DNA of 63,875 nt, counting the filler, from Trichomonas gallinae (Eukaryota): the NCBI GenBank assembly GCA_008369845.1. It is 12 parts of 12 records of this genome, joined end to end, with 100 filler letters (N's around TTAATTAATTAA, not from the genome) between each part and the next. Parts side by side here need not be neighbours in the genome. Positions count along the whole stretch, not along the records: positions 42,484 to 44,205 come from MRSU01001303.1; positions 44,306 to 45,995 come from MRSU01001304.1; positions 46,096 to 55,417 come from MRSU01001307.1; positions 55,518 to 56,940 come from MRSU01001310.1; 8 more parts are not named here. The stretch is one strand, 5' to 3'. The notes beneath the pieces are model-generated. The model searched no databases. It worked only from the letters and a program-made list of their open reading frames with translations, and was not told where the DNA came from. Of the stretch, positions 43,987-55,755 are shown piece after piece (within the stretch, counting starts at the first letter, position 1; every line of letters begins with the position of its first letter). The position numbers were made by a program, and so were the translations under genes.

Positions 43987-45063
43987 ATTTCTGTATTGTA
44001 TTATTGACACGTAAAATAATATATGTCAAATAAATACGATTTCTGACATGTAATATTATATATAACAAGTAAAATAAATTATTTACATGTAAATCAATAC
44101 TATTTTTTGAAAGGGCCATCAAATTTTTTTCCGTTATTTCGCAAAAATGCTCGATTGAACAAACTTAAGTCTTTTGGTCCACACATTTTTAGCCCAGGAC
44201 TTATCNNNNNNNNNNNNNNNNNNNNNNNNNNNNNNNNNNNNNNNNNNNNTTAATTAATTAANNNNNNNNNNNNNNNNNNNNNNNNNNNNNNNNNNNNNNN
44301 NNNNNCATGCATGACCCCCTACCCATGAATGAAAAATCCATTTTGGTGTCACCCCCTCACTAACTATGTCGGTCGAGCCTTAAAAATTTGATTTAATTCA
44401 TATTTTTCTTGAATTTTAAAGAAAAATAAATAGACCAGTATATTAAAGCATGATATTAAAAATAATATTTGAAAAATTTGACAAAATTTTAACAGTTCTT
44501 AGTTTTAATGAATATGAATAAAGCAATAGAACTACATGCTAAATTCCATGTTAATTTTTATGCTTTATTTTATGAACAATTTCGTTAATAGCATTGTTAT
44601 AAACAATCAATTAAATCAAGGATGTTAAAATGAAAAAATACGTTATTTAGGATTAATTTTTGAGAGTTGATATTTCATGAAGATTATGATATCTTTAATT
44701 AAAAATATAAGATTTTTTTTATTTCACTGCTTTTTCATTAAACCTTACTTTTGAATTCGAAGTTATCGTTAACAATTTTGAACACGATATGATTTTTCTC
44801 ATATTTATTCTATACTATTATTATTTTCACTCGAAAATCTCTATCAAACAATTAAAAGTGTCATTTTTCTTATCGTTCATTTATTTATTATTTTTTCAAA
44901 CATCGATGTATTCGTATTACAGTGATGCATAAATCGATGAAAAAATCAAAAACCGTTTAACTCAAACAAAAAACAGCTATTGTTAATTATTACTATATAT
45001 CGAATTACAACAAATTATAATAATTTTTGTTAGAAATTCCGGTAGATTCAACAGAATTTGTCG

Positions 45064-45995
45064 ATGAGCGAAACAACAACGTTCCAAACATACTTCCCTG
45101 ATCGCACTGGTGATGTTATAGCAATAGAAAATCGACAAGAACGTACTGATGCATATGTACTTATTCAAGACAAAAATTATTTCGCTGATAGTTCAAGTTT
45201 TATTAAAGTTACAACGTATACTTCCAATCCTCCGTCTGCAATAAATTGCAATGCAGCAAACGTATTCTTGGCTGTTGCTAGATGCACATTTACAGAGTGT
45301 GCAAATAACGCTAAAGGTGCATGTATTTACTTCAATTCGCCAAACGGTGCCGTTTACATTGATAAGTCAACTGTTTCTAGTTGCTTCAGTTGCAGGAACA
45401 ATGGCAAAGCTCAAGGCCAGTTCGTATACGCAGTAACTCCAAATATGAATTTGAAATCTACTACGATGTCAGAATGCGCACCTTCAGGTCTTTTCGCAAA
45501 TAATGACAATGTATGCCAGAGACCTTTCTATTTTGAAGGTAATTCTAATGTTGAAAATGTTAATGTCACAAACTCCTGGGATGACTATTGCGGTGGCTTT
45601 GCTTTAAGCGGTACAGCTGAATCTGTTAAATTTATCAATTTAGATGGCATAACTACCAATGCTGTCCTTATGGAACTCACTCTTAGTAATAATCCAACAT
45701 TCAGCCATATCAATGTTAATAGCTATTCGATCAAAATGCCAAATGATTATTCTATTATTTATTTGCATAATACACAACTCGATATTAATGATTTCACCTT
45801 GACCAATACTCAAACTGAGAATAATGCTATTGTCAAGTTGTTCTCTTCAGACGACCAAGTTTCAAGTTTAACGCTTAAGAATTTCCATATAAATAATAGT
45901 TATATTAATATGGATAACGTATTAACACCATCTGAACCAGAACCATCCGCTGTAGAGTCACCAGATGTCGATCCAGAACCAAGTAATGACAACCC
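45064..45995 (+). CDS. Beta-helix-like Cys/Asn-rich trichomonad family protein with Pro/Glu stalk, 3'-truncated by a gap
   Basis: F.TYFP start, CTFTEC...KGACIYF, C.SSC..C, QGQFVY and NVTNS motifs; PSEPEPS stalk runs into the linker. Confidence 0.7.
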
Positions 45996-46095
45996 NNNNN
46001 NNNNNNNNNNNNNNNNNNNNNNNNNNNNNNNNNNNNNNNTTAATTAATTAANNNNNNNNNNNNNNNNNNNNNNNNNNNNNNNNNNNNNNNNNNNN

Positions 46096-46173
46096 GACAG
46101 CGAACTTCGGATCCATGTTCTGGGAGGCGAAAGTAAAAACCTCATTAACAGAGATAGGTTGTTGTTGTGACAT
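46096..46173 (-). CDS. CHC: Clathrin heavy chain, N-terminal 26 codons (remainder lost in the gap)
   Basis: ATG at 46173 gives MSQQQPISVNEVFTFASQNMDPKFAV, matching the P-I-x-x-x-E-x-x-x-L/F start of clathrin heavy chains and recalled trichomonad CHC N-termini. Open to the contig edge; not in the ORF track. Confidence 0.65.
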
Positions 46174-46907
46174 TTATCGAAAGTGTAAAAATTTTTTTTT
46201 ACACAAATGATGTCATAATTAAATATCTGGTTCAGCTTCTTGCGCTGGTTAATATATATGATAAACTAAAAAAATATAAATATTTCGTTTGATAAGTTTA
46301 CATCTCCCCAACCAATTAATTTTTGCTGCTAAAACATTGTATAACAAAAACTAAATGATATGATTTTACGCGAGGGATTTACACCCATTCAAACTGAAGA
46401 AATTACGATAGATATTTGAGAGGAAAGAATGTTGACGATAGCCGCAGTTTATCGTTACATCATGTGATCAACCCCATCTACTCTTGTGTTAGTTCAGTGG
46501 CTGTTGGTACTGGAATGCTTTTCCAAAATCGAAAATTGGCCAATGGAAACCAGATGCCAGATCGAATCACTCCACTGGCATCGATTTTCTTCGTTCGATC
46601 ATTGTTATATGCCATGTGTATGCAGAACTCAATGGTATTTAGCTTTGTTGGTCAATGTCATGCCAGAAAAACATAAGACCAAAAGATTACATATCAAGAT
46701 TCAGTGAATATATGACATGTAAAATAAATTTATGACAATGTAAATTCAATAAATGACAATGTAAAGTATTAATTGTCATAATAAAAATATGACAATGTAA
46801 AATATTTATTGTCAAAAGACGAACAAGTGTCGCTTTTTAGGGTATTTTTTAGGACTCGGGGCCCTTATTCTTATATGTATCTGCTAAACTCATTGTAATT
46901 ATCATAT

Positions 46908-47846
46908 ATGGGTCTATGGAATAGATATTATCCAGATGTTTTATCTTATACCATTCATGATAGTCATCAAAGATTATCAAAATCATCAGGGAATTATTAT
47001 ATTCGAAATACAATACTCAAAGGATTTGGAACGTGTGCAGTAAGTCTTAATAGAAATGTGAATTACACTACATTAGTTGCTGAAACAATTTTTTCAAATC
47101 TTGCAGCAAATCAGGGCCCTCTTGCTATTTACCAGGCTGGAGGTCAATGTGTTATATATCATACATGTAGTAAATACATTACAACTTCAAAAGAAATGAT
47201 TTCACATTTTGCTTTAATTTTTAGCAAAGATGAGAGAAAGAAAAGCTATTATATTGAATCGTCAGCATCTTCTTTGACTGGATATTGGGAACATAATAGG
47301 TTTGACAATGGCAAAATCATTATTAATAAAGTTAATTTATCAAATTGTCATACAACTGCTGATAATTCCATTTTACTTATAACCCCTGACCCTGGCGTCA
47401 CAGCTAAGGTTTCGTTTTGCAATTTTGTGAGTATGAACACTGATGGCTATGATGGATTGACACTTTATTATAATTCTTTAAATGTTCAGGGTTGTATCTT
47501 CTCTGATTGCAAGATTACACAGCTTGGCTTGTTTGGAACTGAGAAGGGCTGCAAAAGCTATACCGTAAACAACGTTATCATTAAAAAATGCAAATATCAA
47601 TATATTGTATACAATAAATATGGGACAACATATATAACTAATTGCAGAATTATTGATAGCTCAAGAACAGACACTTATGGAGGCTGTCAAATAAAAACAA
47701 CTAATGTTATTAATTTTAATGGAAAATTTTTATTCACGACAAGATGTCTTGGAAAGTATTTAACGGTCACAGAGCCAATACGTTACAACCCTACACCATT
47801 ATATGAAGTAATATTTTATGTAACAATATATTTTGAATTTGATTAA
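46908..47846 (+). CDS. Trichomonad Cys/Asn-rich beta-helix-like family protein
   Basis: WNRYYP..GNYYI..TTLVAET.F..AIYQ.GGQCV....C..SYYIESS..VNLSNC; motif order matches the 11676-12680 ORF. Confidence 0.7.
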   Translation: MGLWNRYYPDVLSYTIHDSHQRLSKSSGNYYIRNTILKGFGTCAVSLNRNVNYTTLVAETIFSNLAANQGPLAIYQAGGQCVIYHTCSKYITTSKEMISHFALIFSKDERKKSYYIESSASSLTGYWEHNRFDNGKIIINKVNLSNCHTTADNSILLITPDPGVTAKVSFCNFVSMNTDGYDGLTLYYNSLNVQGCIFSDCKITQLGLFGTEKGCKSYTVNNVIIKKCKYQYIVYNKYGTTYITNCRIIDSSRTDTYGGCQIKTTNVINFNGKFLFTTRCLGKYLTVTEPIRYNPTPLYEVIFYVTIYFEFD

Positions 47847-47997
47847 CGACAAACTCTTGATTTTATTATGATATCAATGAAGTGAGCATAAATTGCATGC
47901 TTTGTAATATCAATTGCAATATGAAAATAAAAGAAAGTTAATAAATTCAAAATACGCGAGAGAATGTTTAATAAAACCTAAAATATTTTACATTTAT

Positions 47998-49140
47998 TTA
48001 AAGAACTTTTTCTATTGCTTCGAGAATTGGCTTAGCATCGAATTTAGCGCAGAGAGCCTTGAGAGGCATGATTAGATGGCCGTCATCCTGGTTGAATTCG
48101 CCAAACTTTGTGAAGAAACGCTCAATAACCGGTGAATAGCACTTTTCAACATCGCTATCTTCAATTTTCTCCATGAAATAATCAGATCTGTTTCCAGCAA
48201 CAATTTTAACAATAGATCTGATGGATTCTGCAAGTTTATTTGTAAGTTCAACTTGTCTGTCTTCGAATCTGTTATATGCTTCTCTAATATGTCGTGGAGC
48301 GTTAATAACAGCGTTAACAATGTCCTGGTTCTCTTCTGAGTCACTGAAGGCCTGTCTCCTGATGGAACTCTTCGGTCCAACACCAATAAAGTCTGATATT
48401 TTGACATCTCTCAAATTTCCAATAATTGTTGGAGTGGAAAGCTGCATTTTTGACTTAACTGCATCAAATAGTGACTGTACTGTATGATGTGGGTTAGATT
48501 CAATCTCCAAAAAAGTGTGAGCTGAAAATTCATTAGACATATAATTGCCGTCAACCCAGCGATTTCTTATTGCTGAATAACTGGACTCAGTGCACTGTGC
48601 AGCTGTGATGATTGCAACATTGTCTGGGAATTCAGAATCTTTGAAGCATCCAGAATAGCAAGCTTCAACAACGAAAAAGAGGTGTCTGAACTTTTTCAGC
48701 TTGTTCATTGTCTCTATGGTGTTCGCTAGTTGATATGTCGTCATTGGATTTCCAACTGGTGCTGCAACGATATTTGGAGCTCCATGATCGTTATAATATA
48801 GGTATATGTCGTCTTCTGATGTTGTATTTAATTCTTTCAAGTAGGAAACGAAGTTAGGACCATTAACTTCGTCACCTTTGAAATCGATTTTAGAATCTCC
48901 AGGGTAAATGTTTGAATTATTCAATGTATGGAATATCTGACCCTTATATGGATTAAGATCATTGTATACAATGTCGTTGTAAGCCCACAAAGAGATGTGA
49001 TCATCCTGAAAACCGTGATCTTTTAATATTTTGTACATGTAAAACACATCAGCTTGATGCCTGTAGTTTTTCCAATCCTTAGAACCAGCAAAGAGAATCG
49101 CAAATTTAGAGCATGAGACTAAAGAAAGGAAAAGAAACAT
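47998..49140 (-). CDS. Legumain-like asparaginyl endopeptidase (clan CD, family C13)
   Basis: FAILFAGS..W.NYRHQADV, YNDHGA (catalytic His), VEACYSG (catalytic Cys), TAA...ESS; short signal peptide. ATG at 49140. Confidence 0.95.
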   Translation of the reverse strand: MFLFLSLVSCSKFAILFAGSKDWKNYRHQADVFYMYKILKDHGFQDDHISLWAYNDIVYNDLNPYKGQIFHTLNNSNIYPGDSKIDFKGDEVNGPNFVSYLKELNTTSEDDIYLYYNDHGAPNIVAAPVGNPMTTYQLANTIETMNKLKKFRHLFFVVEACYSGCFKDSEFPDNVAIITAAQCTESSYSAIRNRWVDGNYMSNEFSAHTFLEIESNPHHTVQSLFDAVKSKMQLSTPTIIGNLRDVKISDFIGVGPKSSIRRQAFSDSEENQDIVNAVINAPRHIREAYNRFEDRQVELTNKLAESIRSIVKIVAGNRSDYFMEKIEDSDVEKCYSPVIERFFTKFGEFNQDDGHLIMPLKALCAKFDAKPILEAIEKVL

Positions 49141-49618
49141 TTTGTCAAGTAATTCGGATTTGACGGCAAAAAAAGGTTTTGACAATTTTTAAGATTTTCG
49201 AAATTTTTGCATATTTAGAATCTACCCTATTTTATAGCTCGAAATCCGAATAAAAATTAGAATTTCGTATTTAACAAAATTATTTCCAAAAATAAGAATA
49301 GCAACCATGTCTTTTTCATCCTTAATCATCTTAGTTACAGTTAGCTTTATCTTGCTATTATATCAAATGAAGCTTAATATTAATATATTATTTTTTCAAA
49401 ATATATTTTTTAATAATTCGGTAAATCTTGAGAATCTTTATACTTTACTTCACTCCAAATTTTCATTAATATGTGAAAAATTTATATATCTCAAAAAATA
49501 TCATTTTCAAAATTAAATATATGAATAATTTTGAGATTTGGAATGAAAAAAAAATTATTATGTAGGTGATGTCGTGTTTGTGGTGATTTGCAAATAAAAA
49601 CATTTTTTAATTATAAAA

Positions 49619-51412
49619 TTATTGCAATAATTCTTTGATTTCATCGTCAAAAGTCAAATCCGCGGGTGTCTGTCCATCTCCATCTGTCGCATTTTTATCA
49701 GCGCCTTTAGAAATAAACAGTTTAATTAAATCTGCATTTCCGCCCTTTGCAGCTATGTGCAAACAGTTCTCACCATTGTTGTTCTCAGCCTTTATGTCCG
49801 CTCCTCCGTCAATTAGAGCCTCGCACACTTCAACGTTGCCGGCTTCTGCGGCCTCAAGCAAAGGAGTACTACCGTATTTCGTCTTCCTTTCTGTCGAACA
49901 GCCTCTGCTTATAAGTTTTCTCACAACCTCTGCGTGTCCTTCGAAGCACGCTTCAGTTAGTGCTGTCTCACCTCCATTGTTCGCGTGCTCTAAATCTGCA
50001 TTGTTGTCAAGTAAAATTTCAACAATTTCTATTGCGCCGACACCTGAAGCCTCAATCAAAGCAGTGTCGCCGTATCTCGACATCGCGTTTATGTCAGCAC
50101 CCTTGGAAATGAACAGCTCGAGCATCTCTATGTTATAGTTCTGAGCGCAAACAATCAAAGGCGTTAAATTGTCTTTTCCGCGTTCGTCAACATTACAACC
50201 GTTTTCGAGCAAAAAGTTTACAGTGTCTTCGTCGCCGCTTTCGCAAGCAAGGAACAGCGGACCCTTCTGTTCTTTGTTTCTAGCGTTTATGTCTGCTCCC
50301 TTGCTCAACAGAAACTCAACAATCTGGGAATTGCCTGCAGCGCACGCGTACAAAAATGAATCATCTCCACTTTCACTTTTACACAAAATGTCTGCGTTTT
50401 TGCTGACTAATAATTCGACTATTGCAAAGTTTGAGCTCGTGCAAGCAAGCATGAGTGGTGTCATGCCTCCTCCTGATTTCGCTGATATGTCTGCTCCTGA
50501 GTTCACCAAGAATGGAGCCAATCTTTTGTTTCCGTTTTTACATGCAATGCATAATGGCGTCATTTGGTCTTTTCCTTTAGCTTCTAGGTTTGCGCCGAGT
50601 TTTATGAGAGCTTCTGCTGCATTTAGTGCTCCTTTATCTGTTGCGCAGTGTAATGCTGTTCTTTGAGATTTTTTATTTTGTGATTCAATCGGACAACCGG
50701 CTGAAACTAAAGCATTGATTGTTTCTGGGTGATTTCCTTGTGCTGCTTCCATCAAAGCGTTGTTTCCGAGTAAATTTTGTAATTCCATATCTGCTCCGGC
50801 CTTAACTAAATAAGAAACTATATCTGTTTTGCCGTTGAATGCTGATAATGTAAGAGGAGTATCTCCAGCATCATTCTTTTTGTTGATATCTACGTGCTCT
50901 GCTAAAATCAAATATTTCACAGATTCAAGAAGTCCTTTTTCGCAAGCCTTGAAAATATCTGGTTCGTAATTGTCTGGTTTCGTTACTTCTTCGTTAATAA
51001 CTGGTTTAATTTCAACAGAAGTTACTGCTGATTTCAATTTAAGTTTTTCTTCGTTTAATGCTTTGATTTCGGCGCGTAATTTTGCGTTTTCTGCTTTCTC
51101 CTCTCTGAGTTCAAGTTGCAAAGTCGTGCATCTTACGTATAAACTGTCTAGAGAACATTTTGCTTCATATAATGTTTTGTCGAACTCTTCTTGTGTCGTT
51201 TTCATGAGTGTTTCAATGATATGCTGTATGTTATTTGCACTTAAAGCTGTAGTTCTCGACATAATTTTCGCAATAACATCAACTGGTAAAAAGTAAAAGT
51301 CTTTTTCCTCAATAGCATCCTTAATATTGCGCGATATCAGCTTGATTTCTTTGTTGCACACTTCGTTTATCTCTAGTTTGTTTAGAAGTGTCGTTACTAA
51401 AGATTCTTCCAT
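49619..51412 (-). CDS. Ankyrin repeat protein with N-terminal helical/coiled region
   Basis: About 12 ankyrin repeats (G.TPL..A...G....V..L...GADIN) and the KP..YEPDIFKAC..G.L.SVKYL family motif. First ATG at 51412. Confidence 0.92.
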   Translation of the reverse strand: MEESLVTTLLNKLEINEVCNKEIKLISRNIKDAIEEKDFYFLPVDVIAKIMSRTTALSANNIQHIIETLMKTTQEEFDKTLYEAKCSLDSLYVRCTTLQLELREEKAENAKLRAEIKALNEEKLKLKSAVTSVEIKPVINEEVTKPDNYEPDIFKACEKGLLESVKYLILAEHVDINKKNDAGDTPLTLSAFNGKTDIVSYLVKAGADMELQNLLGNNALMEAAQGNHPETINALVSAGCPIESQNKKSQRTALHCATDKGALNAAEALIKLGANLEAKGKDQMTPLCIACKNGNKRLAPFLVNSGADISAKSGGGMTPLMLACTSSNFAIVELLVSKNADILCKSESGDDSFLYACAAGNSQIVEFLLSKGADINARNKEQKGPLFLACESGDEDTVNFLLENGCNVDERGKDNLTPLIVCAQNYNIEMLELFISKGADINAMSRYGDTALIEASGVGAIEIVEILLDNNADLEHANNGGETALTEACFEGHAEVVRKLISRGCSTERKTKYGSTPLLEAAEAGNVEVCEALIDGGADIKAENNNGENCLHIAAKGGNADLIKLFISKGADKNATDGDGQTPADLTFDDEIKELLQ

Positions 51413-52074
51413 TATTTTTATAAAAAAATAAAACTTTTTCAGCCATTTATACGATTTCACACTATATAAATCACGCGTTTTGGAGTGTTGGCATTTGCGC
51501 AAATAATGATATATATTTCGCGAATTTTTACTTTTATCATGACGCACAAAATCGATTTTTTAAATTTTTAAACGATTTCGTAAATAAACATTAAATTATT
51601 TTATATAATTAGACAATATAACATATTATATTATTAATTTCGCATTAGCTTTGCAATTTCCTTAATATTCTCAATGATTTTTAATTTTTATTGCATATTA
51701 ATATTAGATATATTATAAAATGACAAAATATCCGAATAATTTTGTATTATTTTTGCAATTTCCCCAAAATTCAGAACAAAAATCGATTTTTATTGATAAT
51801 TATTGATTATATAATTTTATAAAAGACAATTTTCCCGATTTATTAAATGTTTTGATAAATATAAAAATAATAAAATTTTATTTCATATTTCTATTATATG
51901 TATTATAAAATTGTAAATTATCAAATAAAAAATGGTAGTTTTCATAGAATTTTTTTGAGATTTGTCATAAATCGTCAAAATAATTTTGTTTTTGGTATTT
52001 TTAAACGATTATTAATCTAAATATCTGGTAAAAATCGAAAAATCGAAAAAATCTTTACATAAAAGTGACAGCTT

Positions 52075-53385
52075 ATGTCTTCGGGGACGAATAATTCGCT
52101 CACTGAAACAATAGTTCACCTAGGGAATACGACATCCACGGAGACTGAGCCGACATCCAACACCAGGATATCAAAGAAGTTGACAAAGTCGTTGATTTCA
52201 AGTCCTCAGTCAAAATATCGACGAAAAAAACGATCCCTTGAACTTGATATATATCAAATGCGATTAAAGGCGAAACAGCTTCAAAAGGAATTGAAAAATA
52301 TCAAATCTAACCAAATAACGAATCAAGAATTAATATTAATCAAAGAACAGATCAAAAATTCGATATCACAAACCGCGCACATCTCAATCCAATATCTTAT
52401 GAATGATATAACAGAAATTTATCATTCAAATGCGAGATTAAAATCTGAAATCGACACAATTTCTTTTCAAATCGAGAATGAAAGACTTAAACGCGATAGT
52501 TTACACGAAATCTCTAACATTTTGGATATAGATTTTTATCAATATGTTGATTTTAAAACTGATTATTTCGAACACGAAGTTTCAAACGTTGAATATCAGA
52601 AATTAATTTACGAATCGCAAGATCTACAAAATTCTCTTGCAAATATTAATACAAATATACTCTCTGCCTTAAAACCAAAAATTGGAGAATCAACGATCAG
52701 CGCAGCTCATGCAATTAACAAGAATTTTATGGCTATGCTGAATCATGGCAAAGTTATCGGCTCATTTCCAGAAAATGATCTCGCGAAATTAAATGAAAAA
52801 ATAAATTCTTCAAATAAGATGATAATCAATATTGAAAACGAAATTCAGCATTGCAAGGACCAGATAGCTAAGATAGAAATAGAAAATTCTTCGAAATCTT
52901 CAGATTTAGAATCAAGAAACCAAAAATTTGAACAAAATTCAAAGAAGGAGCTCTCAATTCTTGATAAAAAGATTCAGACTCTCATGATAAGACTGGATGA
53001 GTCAGGAAACTTGTTCGATCAAATAGTTGAAGAAATTCGAACAATTGAAAATCATTCTTTTTCTTATGAAATTTCGGAAATTCCAAGCGATTTAAGCATT
53101 GAGTGCGACTATGAGCTTTACGAAGACACATATGATGAAACAATTCAAAATTTAACAAAACAAAAATATACATTGTTAGATGAGTTAAATGCCATGCAGA
53201 AACAATATTTCGAGCTTAGAGATTCAGCACATAACCGTGAAGATGCTTTAAGACAACAAATAACGAAATTGATTCAACAATTCAAGATAAATAAGCAAAT
53301 TCTGCATGGAGGGCTTCCGTTTCCATCATATGATTCGGATTCTTCAGGTTTAATGTCACTAGATTTGATGTCTTTCACGAAATGA
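52075..53385 (+). CDS. Coiled-coil hypothetical protein
   Basis: 436-aa heptad-rich ORF; AAAGTGAC at 52062-52069 just before the ATG. Confidence 0.75.
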   Translation: MSSGTNNSLTETIVHLGNTTSTETEPTSNTRISKKLTKSLISSPQSKYRRKKRSLELDIYQMRLKAKQLQKELKNIKSNQITNQELILIKEQIKNSISQTAHISIQYLMNDITEIYHSNARLKSEIDTISFQIENERLKRDSLHEISNILDIDFYQYVDFKTDYFEHEVSNVEYQKLIYESQDLQNSLANINTNILSALKPKIGESTISAAHAINKNFMAMLNHGKVIGSFPENDLAKLNEKINSSNKMIINIENEIQHCKDQIAKIEIENSSKSSDLESRNQKFEQNSKKELSILDKKIQTLMIRLDESGNLFDQIVEEIRTIENHSFSYEISEIPSDLSIECDYELYEDTYDETIQNLTKQKYTLLDELNAMQKQYFELRDSAHNREDALRQQITKLIQQFKINKQILHGGLPFPSYDSDSSGLMSLDLMSFTK

Positions 53386-53483
53386 AAAATATATTATAAT
53401 ATTTGTTTGTTTGTAATAAAAATGAATGTTATGAAAATGATAATAAATGGTTTAATAACATAATGGTAATAAAGCAAATAAAA

Positions 53484-54620
53484 TTAGTAAGAACCAATCT
53501 TATTATCCAAATATTCAGTTGATTTCCTTCTAATCTTGTTACGCGAGCATCTTGGAGATGGCATTTCAAGCTTTGCCTGTGGCTCGAAGATGCTTGGCAA
53601 GATTCTTACGGAGTTTGTGTTGACAATTCTCTTTCTGATGACTTTGCGTCCGCCTTTGTGGCCTTTGAAGATGACATCCTCTCTCTTGAGCCACTGTAGA
53701 GGCTTGAAAGTCCTAAAATCAATGATATTGTCTTTAATTGTTAAAACAGCAGATCTATTTTCCACGCAGCCGCAATAATTCGAGGCTGTGAAGACAGTTA
53801 TGACCTTATCATTGAAGTTTTTGTGGATTCCATCGGCAACGCATTCGTGTCCGCGGATTAAAACTCTTAATTTCGCCGGGCCAAGGAATTCTTCAACAGC
53901 TTCTGCACCGAACAAGTATCCACTGCCTCTCACAGCGGATTGTTCGAAGAACCTGACGTCTGGCGAAGGATCAGACCAAACAATACTGGCTAAAAAATCA
54001 TCATCTGCCTCTTCAACTGGTCTTTGGATGGATCGGAATTGATCAAGAGAATAGCAATGTGGACCAATGCCTCCGTGGACGCACAAAATGTCGCCATTGA
54101 TAAGGGCAGCGAAAGGAATATAAGAAAATGACTGAATGAAGCAATCGAATATAACTGGATCATTGTAAACAGCATTGATTTGGGATAGGAATCCAAGATT
54201 AGAGCAGAGAGACCTGAACTCGTGGTTTCCACGGATAATCAAAACATTCTCGGGCCAAATCACTTTCAAGAGGAAAACTACGATAATTGTTTCAATAGAG
54301 AATTCTCCCCTATCAACAATATCGCCGAGGAAAAGGTATTTCTGCTTGTCAGGCATTCCAAACGTATCTAAAACGCGTATTAAGTCGAAAATCTGACCGT
54401 GCAAATCACCTACAATTGCTATATCCGAGTTAACTTCAAGCAATGAGGGCTCTTCTTTGAATAAATTCGTTGCTGTAGTAGTCAATTCTTTAATAACGTC
54501 TGAATCCATTATCGGGAATGTTGTCGGCAATATCTTGCTCGCATGCAACTCAACGTAGCCTGTTATCTCGCTGATATACATATTTAATTGCTCCTGCCAC
54601 ATGAACTTCTGTGGATCCAT
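53484..54620 (-). CDS. Ser/Thr phosphoprotein phosphatase (PPP family, PP1-like)
   Basis: GDLHG, GDIVDRG, RGNHE, HGG, WSDP, RGHE and FTASNYC motifs. Confidence 0.95.
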   Translation of the reverse strand: MDPQKFMWQEQLNMYISEITGYVELHASKILPTTFPIMDSDVIKELTTTATNLFKEEPSLLEVNSDIAIVGDLHGQIFDLIRVLDTFGMPDKQKYLFLGDIVDRGEFSIETIIVVFLLKVIWPENVLIIRGNHEFRSLCSNLGFLSQINAVYNDPVIFDCFIQSFSYIPFAALINGDILCVHGGIGPHCYSLDQFRSIQRPVEEADDDFLASIVWSDPSPDVRFFEQSAVRGSGYLFGAEAVEEFLGPAKLRVLIRGHECVADGIHKNFNDKVITVFTASNYCGCVENRSAVLTIKDNIIDFRTFKPLQWLKREDVIFKGHKGGRKVIRKRIVNTNSVRILPSIFEPQAKLEMPSPRCSRNKIRRKSTEYLDNKIGSY

Positions 54621-55755
54621 TTTTTTTCTTTTTGATTTTCTCTGACAAATTTTGAAAGTTGACTAAAACATGATAATAGTCATAGCGAAAAAGAAAAAAA
54701 TTTAAAATTTTTCTCAAATTTTTTGAATTGAGTTCTCAAAAATTTTGTGAATAAAACTTTTTAGGTCCATCGAAATGTGTGCCAAAATACAACAGTAATC
54801 GAAAGTACCAGAAAACAATAAAATAAAGATTTTGAATTAAATCTTATATATACATTATATAGATTAAAATAAACGAAAAATATGATTGAGAGAAGTTTGA
54901 AAATTTTGAGAGAAAAATTGTAAACAACGGATTGGCAGATTTGGATTTTCAATTATAGAATGTGATAAAGTTGTTGTTTATAGATATTGTGCAAGTTTTT
55001 GCGAGTTTTGGCTCACTTTTTCCTGAGTGATCTCCAAAAAGTGACAGATTTTCTTATTGTCAAAAATTTTTGAACCGTTGTCAAATATTTTAACCTTAAT
55101 ATATTGTTTTATTAATTCTCGTTCTAAAATGGGATCTACACATTATATAGCGTACTTCGTCATTTTCCAATCGCTCTGCTCAAAAACTTTGTCTAAATTT
55201 GTTAGAACGATCTACAACCTAATTCATGCAAACATAAGAAGTCCAGAATAGAAAATATTGAAAATAAAAATAATAGACTCCTGATTTTTAAAATATATAT
55301 ATTATTTTAAAGGTGTTCCGACTCTCATTTCTCTAGGGATTTGGACGAAATTTATAATATAGATTATACTACTGATATGTATGTAATTGCTAGAATATCT
55401 AAGCAAATAGAAACCGGNNNNNNNNNNNNNNNNNNNNNNNNNNNNNNNNNNNNNNNNNNNNTTAATTAATTAANNNNNNNNNNNNNNNNNNNNNNNNNNN
55501 NNNNNNNNNNNNNNNNNAACTAGAAAAATTTATTACTTTAAGGTTCTACCCCGAGCGAATGCGAGCGAGACTCAATTTCATACTCGGCGTTTTTACTCGA
55601 CTCAATTTAGTCGATCGTTTACATCTATACTAACACATGTCATTGCAACATATCATACAAAAAATTGTTGTGATATGTTGGTGGGTGCAAATTTCAATAA
55701 AAACTGACAATAAGGTAATTTGTAGAGTGTCAAGATTGCAAAAGTGACAATTTCG

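Noticed and set aside
46416..46707. GC-richer stretch with short ORFs on both strands
   Set aside because: No consistent frame or motif; probably a decayed gene fragment.
55629..55640. ACTAACACAT resembling the trichomonad intron branch/3' splice motif
   Set aside because: It does not end in CAG and is not inside a gene; no convincing intron was seen in the window.
55646..55680. Stem-loop caacatatca...tgatatgttg upstream of the 55756 gene
   Set aside because: A single 10-bp AT-rich stem; not enough evidence for a regulatory RNA.
1574..55744. TTG/GTG start extensions given in the ORF track (e.g. 1628, 5491, 19615, 21534, 49185, 51547, 55744)
   Set aside because: Eukaryotic genes; the first in-frame ATGs, several with adjacent Inr or AAAGTGAC elements, are better starts.
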